Shown here: positions 59,589 to 64,000 of the stretch, one piece after another | Position numbering within the stretch: the stretch's first letter is position 1 | Layout of the letters: each line of letters starts with the position of its first letter | DNA from: Candidatus Hydrogenedentota bacterium | Lineage (GTDB): Bacteria > Hydrogenedentota > Hydrogenedentia > Hydrogenedentales > GCA-2746185 | Assembly (NCBI GenBank): GCA_046583315.1 | Contig: JAYGCN010000052.1 | Coordinates: 42,283 to 106,282 of the forward strand | Direction of reading: 5' to 3' | Length of the DNA stretch: 64,000 nt | The notes under the pieces: generated by a model | What the model was told of the DNA's origin: nothing | Database searches by the model: none | What the model saw: only the letters and a program-made list of their open reading frames with translations | Made by a program: the position numbers and the translations under genes

Positions 59589-60254
59589 TTACTTGGATGC
59601 TGCCTTCGTGAGGACCTCGAAACTTTCCCCTGTTTCGATATACTCGAAAATAACGCCCTGGTTATTTCCAATGATCTCGGTAAAACGAATCCCGTACAAC
59701 TGATCACCGAGTTTCATCGATTCGGAGTAGGTTTTTCCTTCGAAAGGCAGATAAATTTCCAGATAAGCCAAACGACTCCCGGTTGAACCGTCCTTGATGA
59801 TTCCTTTGATGGTGACCTGTGGTTTTTTGAGTTCGGCGACCGCGAGGGTTCTTTCGGATATAAATTTAGTGGATCCAGGTTGTAGAATGATGTGTAAATC
59901 GGAATACGCAAGCACGTGTGCCCACCGCTCATTGGAGTAGCATTTGCGAACCTGAGAATCGATTCTCGAAGAAACGATCCGCATTGAAATCTTGCCGTCT
60001 TCCGTAGCGGAAAGCTGGGCATTCTGTTGTTTGAGCAGGTTCGTTATGCGGGTGAGCTCTGCGGGGTCAAACATGGCGCCTTCAGCGGGTAACGGCGCGT
60101 CGAGTTTAAGGTCGTTAACAAGTTTGGCGGCCACTTCCTGAGGCGTTGGTGGTGGCGGTGGTGGCGGTACGTCCTCTTCCACTTCTTCTTCGGATTTAGA
60201 ACACCCAATGATGAAAACCGCTATCAACATAGTGTATAGTATGTGCTTGTACAT
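59589..60254 (-). CDS. Hypothetical lipoprotein
   Basis: Lipobox IIGC followed by an acidic and poly-Pro linker. Confidence 0.75.
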   Translation of the reverse strand: MYKHILYTMLIAVFIIGCSKSEEEVEEDVPPPPPPPTPQEVAAKLVNDLKLDAPLPAEGAMFDPAELTRITNLLKQQNAQLSATEDGKISMRIVSSRIDSQVRKCYSNERWAHVLAYSDLHIILQPGSTKFISERTLAVAELKKPQVTIKGIIKDGSTGSRLAYLEIYLPFEGKTYSESMKLGDQLYGIRFTEIIGNNQGVIFEYIETGESFEVLTKAASK

Positions 60255-60426
60255 GGGGTGTCCCGTTGGATTGTTCAATTCGTCTTGATCGTCTAATCGT
60301 ATCAGAGTAGCGCGAATGCTTCAAGCCCCTGTGTGCAGGCTCGCGAACGGACTAATGGGCATATCCGTGGCTGTGCCTTCAAAATAATTCGATGTCTACC
60401 ACCCTTTATTTGAAAGTTTTCTAAGA

Positions 60427-61359
60427 ATGAGCAAAGTATTACTTGTTGATGATGACGTGGATTTGGCCGAATTGGTTCGGACCAAGCTGGTTTCGCAGGG
60501 CCACGAGGTTGTCGTTGTTAACACGGGTGAGGGCGCCTTTGAGATAGCCAAGCGGGTGAAACCGGATATCGCGTTGCTGGATATCATGCTACCGGGTATC
60601 ACGGGTTATCAGATCTGCCGAAAATTCCGGAAAGATCCCGAACTTTATACGATCTCCATACTGATTCTCACCGCGCTGGGCGACGAACCTGAAATGATGC
60701 ACGGTCTTGATCAAGGTGCAGACGATTACGTCGCGAAACCGTTCAAGCTTGAGCGCCTGACGGAGAAGATCGATTATCTGGTCAACCTCAAGAAGTCTCT
60801 GGGCAATCGGAATTCGGTCACGAATCTTCCCGGCATGGAGGCGATTAAACGGGAAATTAATCATCGTCTTGCGCGGGGCATTAAAATGGCCACGTGTTAC
60901 ATCGATCTCTACGGCTATAAACCTTATGCGGCTGCAAAAGGGCGGGAAGGTCAACGCAAGGCGTTGGAACTCGTCTCGAGTCTGCTGGTCAGCGTTCGAA
61001 ACACCATAGGTATCTATGAGACTTTTATTGCGCATGTGGGCGGGGCCAGTTTTGCCATTCTCCTGAATTCGGAGGATTATCAGCGCTATTGCGATGCATT
61101 GATGGTTGACTTCGATCGGGAATCGCAGTCACTGTATACGCCGGAAGAAGTTTCACAGAATTTTCTCAGAGCTGCTGATCGACAGGGGACCGAAGGCAAT
61201 TACCCTCTTATGTCGCTGGCGATTGGTGTTACCCATAATGAGAATCGTGAATTCAAGAACGCAGCGAATATTTTTGAGGTATTCACTCAGATCCAGCAGG
61301 TCAACGTGCCGGACGGCAAGAGCGCTTTGTTTGTTGACCGCCGCACGGCCGAGCGTTAG
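60427..61359 (+). CDS. Response regulator with a degenerate GGDEF domain
   Basis: REC domain (LVDDD, LLDIMLPG, GADDYVAKPF); GGDEF-like domain whose active-site motif reads HVGGASF. Confidence 0.85.
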   Translation: MSKVLLVDDDVDLAELVRTKLVSQGHEVVVVNTGEGAFEIAKRVKPDIALLDIMLPGITGYQICRKFRKDPELYTISILILTALGDEPEMMHGLDQGADDYVAKPFKLERLTEKIDYLVNLKKSLGNRNSVTNLPGMEAIKREINHRLARGIKMATCYIDLYGYKPYAAAKGREGQRKALELVSSLLVSVRNTIGIYETFIAHVGGASFAILLNSEDYQRYCDALMVDFDRESQSLYTPEEVSQNFLRAADRQGTEGNYPLMSLAIGVTHNENREFKNAANIFEVFTQIQQVNVPDGKSALFVDRRTAER

Positions 61360-61370
61360 GAGCGGTTAGG

Positions 61371-61877
61371 GTGAACGCAGGACGATTCGCGGTAGGATTG
61401 GTCATATTGGTCGGTATCGCCCTGATTGTGTTGTACCTACGCACCCCATCCGATGAAATTCCCGTTGAGGAGTTACGCCAACGGGTGCAGGAAAGTGACC
61501 CAATCTGGGCCAACTATCATGAAGATCTTAAGGCTCAGATAGGCTCTACGCCAGTGGCGCGATGGGTAGGGGAACCGGTGGGCGCGCGGATAGTGGGCAG
61601 TGAAGTACATGTTGATTTTCGCTTGACGGGGCTTTGGAGTGAGCTGGAATTTCCTTTGCCGATGCTTGTGCGGAATCATCTGGGCACTGTAGTGCGCGAA
61701 TCGAGTGCCGCGCAGGGAAATAGCGCGCAGGGGAATAGCGCACAGGGGAATAGTGTGATGACCTATATTTTTCCTCTCAGTGATGGCGTATCGCCCTGGG
61801 TTGATCTGCAATATCCGCATTACACGCGCAAGATTGTCTTTAATGCCGACGGGGTTTGGTCAGGCGCAACGGATTAA
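61371..61877 (+). CDS. Hypothetical membrane-anchored protein
   Basis: N-terminal TM; AGGAG SD before GTG 61371. Confidence 0.65.
   Translation: MNAGRFAVGLVILVGIALIVLYLRTPSDEIPVEELRQRVQESDPIWANYHEDLKAQIGSTPVARWVGEPVGARIVGSEVHVDFRLTGLWSELEFPLPMLVRNHLGTVVRESSAAQGNSAQGNSAQGNSVMTYIFPLSDGVSPWVDLQYPHYTRKIVFNADGVWSGATD
61710..61754. repeat. 15-bp tandem repeat x3 (AQGNS)
   Basis: GCGCAGGGAAATAGC GCGCAGGGGAATAGC GCACAGGGGAATAGT. Confidence 0.9.
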
Positions 61878-61942
61878 GTGTGCTCTGCGCCGCTCTCAGG
61901 CGTATTCTTCAGCCGTATCAAGTGCAACTCCTATAATAATCG

Positions 61943-61985
61943 TTGATCATTCGCGCCCGAATCGGTAAACTGAATAAAAGTTCAG
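61943..61985 (+). promoter_or_regulatory. dinB promoter with a candidate SOS box
   Basis: TTGATC-N17-TAAACT; palindrome CTGAATAAAAGTTCAG (61970-61985) overlaps the -10. Confidence 0.5.
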
Positions 61986-61993
61986 GGTACGCT

Positions 61994-63190
61994 ATGAAAC
62001 GCATCTTGCATGTCGATATGGACGCATTCTTCGCCTCGGTGGAGCAGGCTCGAAACCCGGCCCTGATGGGGAAACCCGTTATTGTGGGTGGGAAACCAGG
62101 GGACAAGCGCGGAGTGGTCTCCACGGCATCGTATGAGGCCCGGAAGTTCGGGGTGCATTCAGCCATGCCGATAGTGCAAGCGGTGAAGCGCTGTCCACAG
62201 GGCATTTTCGTGCGCGGAAATTCGAAACTCTATTCGGAAATATCCGCGCGGATCAAGAATATTCTTGGAGAGGTCTCGCCACTGCTAGAAATGGCTTCAA
62301 TTGATGAAGCGTATATCGACATTACCGGCTCCATTCGTTTGTTCGGCGATGAAGACGCCATTGCTTCCCACCTGAAGGAGCACATCTATCGCGAAACCGG
62401 GCTGAAATGCACTATAGGTATCTCCTCCAATCGTATGATTTCCAAGGTGGCATCGGGTTTGGATAAGCCGGATGGTTATCTTCGAATTGTTGCTGGCGAG
62501 GAGCGCGCATTTCTAAATCCTATCGAGGTGGGGCGCATACCGGGGATCGGGCCGAAATTAACCGCGCGTTTGAAGCGTGAGGGTATTCATACGGTCGGGG
62601 ATCTCGGCGCGCTGAGCCTGGATACCCTCATGGCGCGGTATGGGGACACCGGCGTCTCACTGCATCGGATTGCTCAGGGCATGGGGGGTGACGGGATTAC
62701 CCGGGAGCGCGTTCCGAAGTCTATCGGTCGCGAGACGACATTCGCTGAGGATGTGGCGGATTGGGCTATTGTGGAAGCAACGTTGCGGGGATTGTTCGAG
62801 CGAACGGTGCATGCGATGCGCATGAAGGGCATCGAGGGGCGGTGCGTGACGCTCAAAATGCGGTCGCCTGATTTCACGACGCACACCTATAGTCACACGA
62901 TGGAGAACGCGACATCACTGGAACCGGATATTTGGGTGGTGGTGAAGAGCCTGTTGAAGAAGGCGAGGGCTCAGTGCGACAGTGTGCGGCTGGTGGGCGT
63001 GCAGTTAAGCAGATTAACGACGAATCAGCATCAATTGTTGATGGATGAATCCGGGGCGGCATTGCAGTGGGAGGACGCGATGGCCAGCGTCGATATTATC
63101 CGGGAGCGATTCGGCTCCCGGGCGCTGCAATCGGGGAAGTCACTGGGAATGAAAATTCAGGCACCGGGCCGGATTAGTGATCCGGAGTAG
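61994..63190 (+). CDS. dinB: DNA polymerase IV
   Basis: ILHVDMDAFFASVEQ, RGVVSTASYEARKFGVHSAMP, SIDEAYIDI, KPDG, KSIGRETTF. Confidence 0.96.
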   Translation: MKRILHVDMDAFFASVEQARNPALMGKPVIVGGKPGDKRGVVSTASYEARKFGVHSAMPIVQAVKRCPQGIFVRGNSKLYSEISARIKNILGEVSPLLEMASIDEAYIDITGSIRLFGDEDAIASHLKEHIYRETGLKCTIGISSNRMISKVASGLDKPDGYLRIVAGEERAFLNPIEVGRIPGIGPKLTARLKREGIHTVGDLGALSLDTLMARYGDTGVSLHRIAQGMGGDGITRERVPKSIGRETTFAEDVADWAIVEATLRGLFERTVHAMRMKGIEGRCVTLKMRSPDFTTHTYSHTMENATSLEPDIWVVVKSLLKKARAQCDSVRLVGVQLSRLTTNQHQLLMDESGAALQWEDAMASVDIIRERFGSRALQSGKSLGMKIQAPGRISDPE

Positions 63191-63207
63191 GGGAGTACAA
63201 AGAGAAA

Positions 63208-63232
63208 GGCCGCAGAGTCAAACTCTGCGGCC
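63208..63232. terminator. Hairpin between convergent dinB and secretin genes
   Basis: GGCCGCAGAGT-CAA-ACTCTGCGGCC; T-rich flank on the minus strand. Confidence 0.65.
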
Positions 63233-63261
63233 TCGTACGTTCCTTAGAATGGGTTACTCAA

Positions 63262-64000
63262 TCATTTAGGACGACGCCATTTGTATATTGGGTCGCGTTG
63301 CTGATCTTTACTGTATGATTTCAGCAGATTTTTCGTTGAGTTGATGTCTTCCTCAGCTATACCGCCGAGCAAGTCAAATTGGCGTTTTTCGTGCGGTGTC
63401 AATTCGTTGAAGTCATCTTCAATGATATTGCAGGTAAGGAAAACGAGCAATTCAGTGTCTCTGAGTTCGGTACTTTGACTCTTGAAGAAGAAGCTCAGGA
63501 ACGGTATGTCGCCAAGAATAGGAAATTTTCTTTCGTTGTGTCCTGCGTCGTGACGGCGCAATCCCGCAATGTATACCGTCTGTCCGTTGTTCATGCGCAT
63601 GGTCGTTTTAGCGACACGTTTGGCTTCCACGGGAACCGGACCTGTTGGAAGAATTACGGTATCAATAACATTACTTTGTTCAATAGAAATTTCCGTAATA
63701 ATACGACCATCATAAGTGATCTTGGGGGTGACTTCGAGAATCGTTCCAATTTCCTTAAACTCAGTGGTCAGCGAGTTTGTATTACCGGTCGACTCGACTG
63801 TCGTGAAAGGTAACTCCTGCGTAATATTGATTGTCGCGGTCTTGTTTTCCACGGTAACGATTGTGGGGTTCGCGATGAGTTCCGCGTTGCCACTCTGGAC
63901 ATCGGCCGCCACCAGCGCGTTGATTTCAACGCTTTTTGAAACGAATCCGAAACCTATACCTCCGATGGTATCGGCGGGTGCTGAAAAAATCCCGGAGGCA
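63262..64000 (-). CDS. Secretin (GspD/PilQ family), C-terminal part; gene starts beyond the window
   Basis: ANPTIVTVENKTATI, GTILEVTPKI, GQTVYIAGL, FPILGDIPFLSFFFK, TELLVFLT. Confidence 0.9.
   Translation of the reverse strand, partial: ASGIFSAPADTIGGIGFGFVSKSVEINALVAADVQSGNAELIANPTIVTVENKTATINITQELPFTTVESTGNTNSLTTEFKEIGTILEVTPKITYDGRIITEISIEQSNVIDTVILPTGPVPVEAKRVAKTTMRMNNGQTVYIAGLRRHDAGHNERKFPILGDIPFLSFFFKSQSTELRDTELLVFLTCNIIEDDFNELTPHEKRQFDLLGGIAEEDINSTKNLLKSYSKDQQRDPIYKWRRPK

Noticed and set aside
60280..60426. c-di-GMP riboswitch upstream of the REC-GGDEF gene
   Set aside because: The conserved class I and class II aptamer motifs were not recognisable.

Overview
Chromosomal window from a moderately GC-rich diderm bacterium. 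The gene content (DUF1501 and DUF1549/DUF1553 proteins, several sulfatases, TolC, a secretin) suggests a PVC-like or Hydrogenedentota-like lineage; this is inference only. Most of the window is housekeeping and carbohydrate metabolism: an ECF sigma/anti-sigma operon, polyprenyl synthase, an FMN-riboswitch ribD-ribE-ribBA-ribH-nusB operon, PMM/PGM, dtd, pspA-pspC with a sigma-54 promoter, a GH31/sulfatase/esterase cluster, gpsA, RNase P RNA, rplM-rpsI, dinB and a partial secretin. I found no tRNA, rRNA, CRISPR array, integrase or transposase. The most unusual signal is a family of short 8-10 nt periodic repeats sharing a CRCRRAK core. They sit at gene 3' ends and, in inverted orientation, bracket AT-richer, often decayed single-gene cargos (16.1-16.6 kb, 21.0-21.6 kb, probably 43.2-43.5 kb, remnants at 10.7-11.0 kb). 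In two cases the repeat itself supplies the cargo's ribosome-binding site. Several accessory genes are broken by in-frame stops or a frameshift, so the ORF track splits or misses them.
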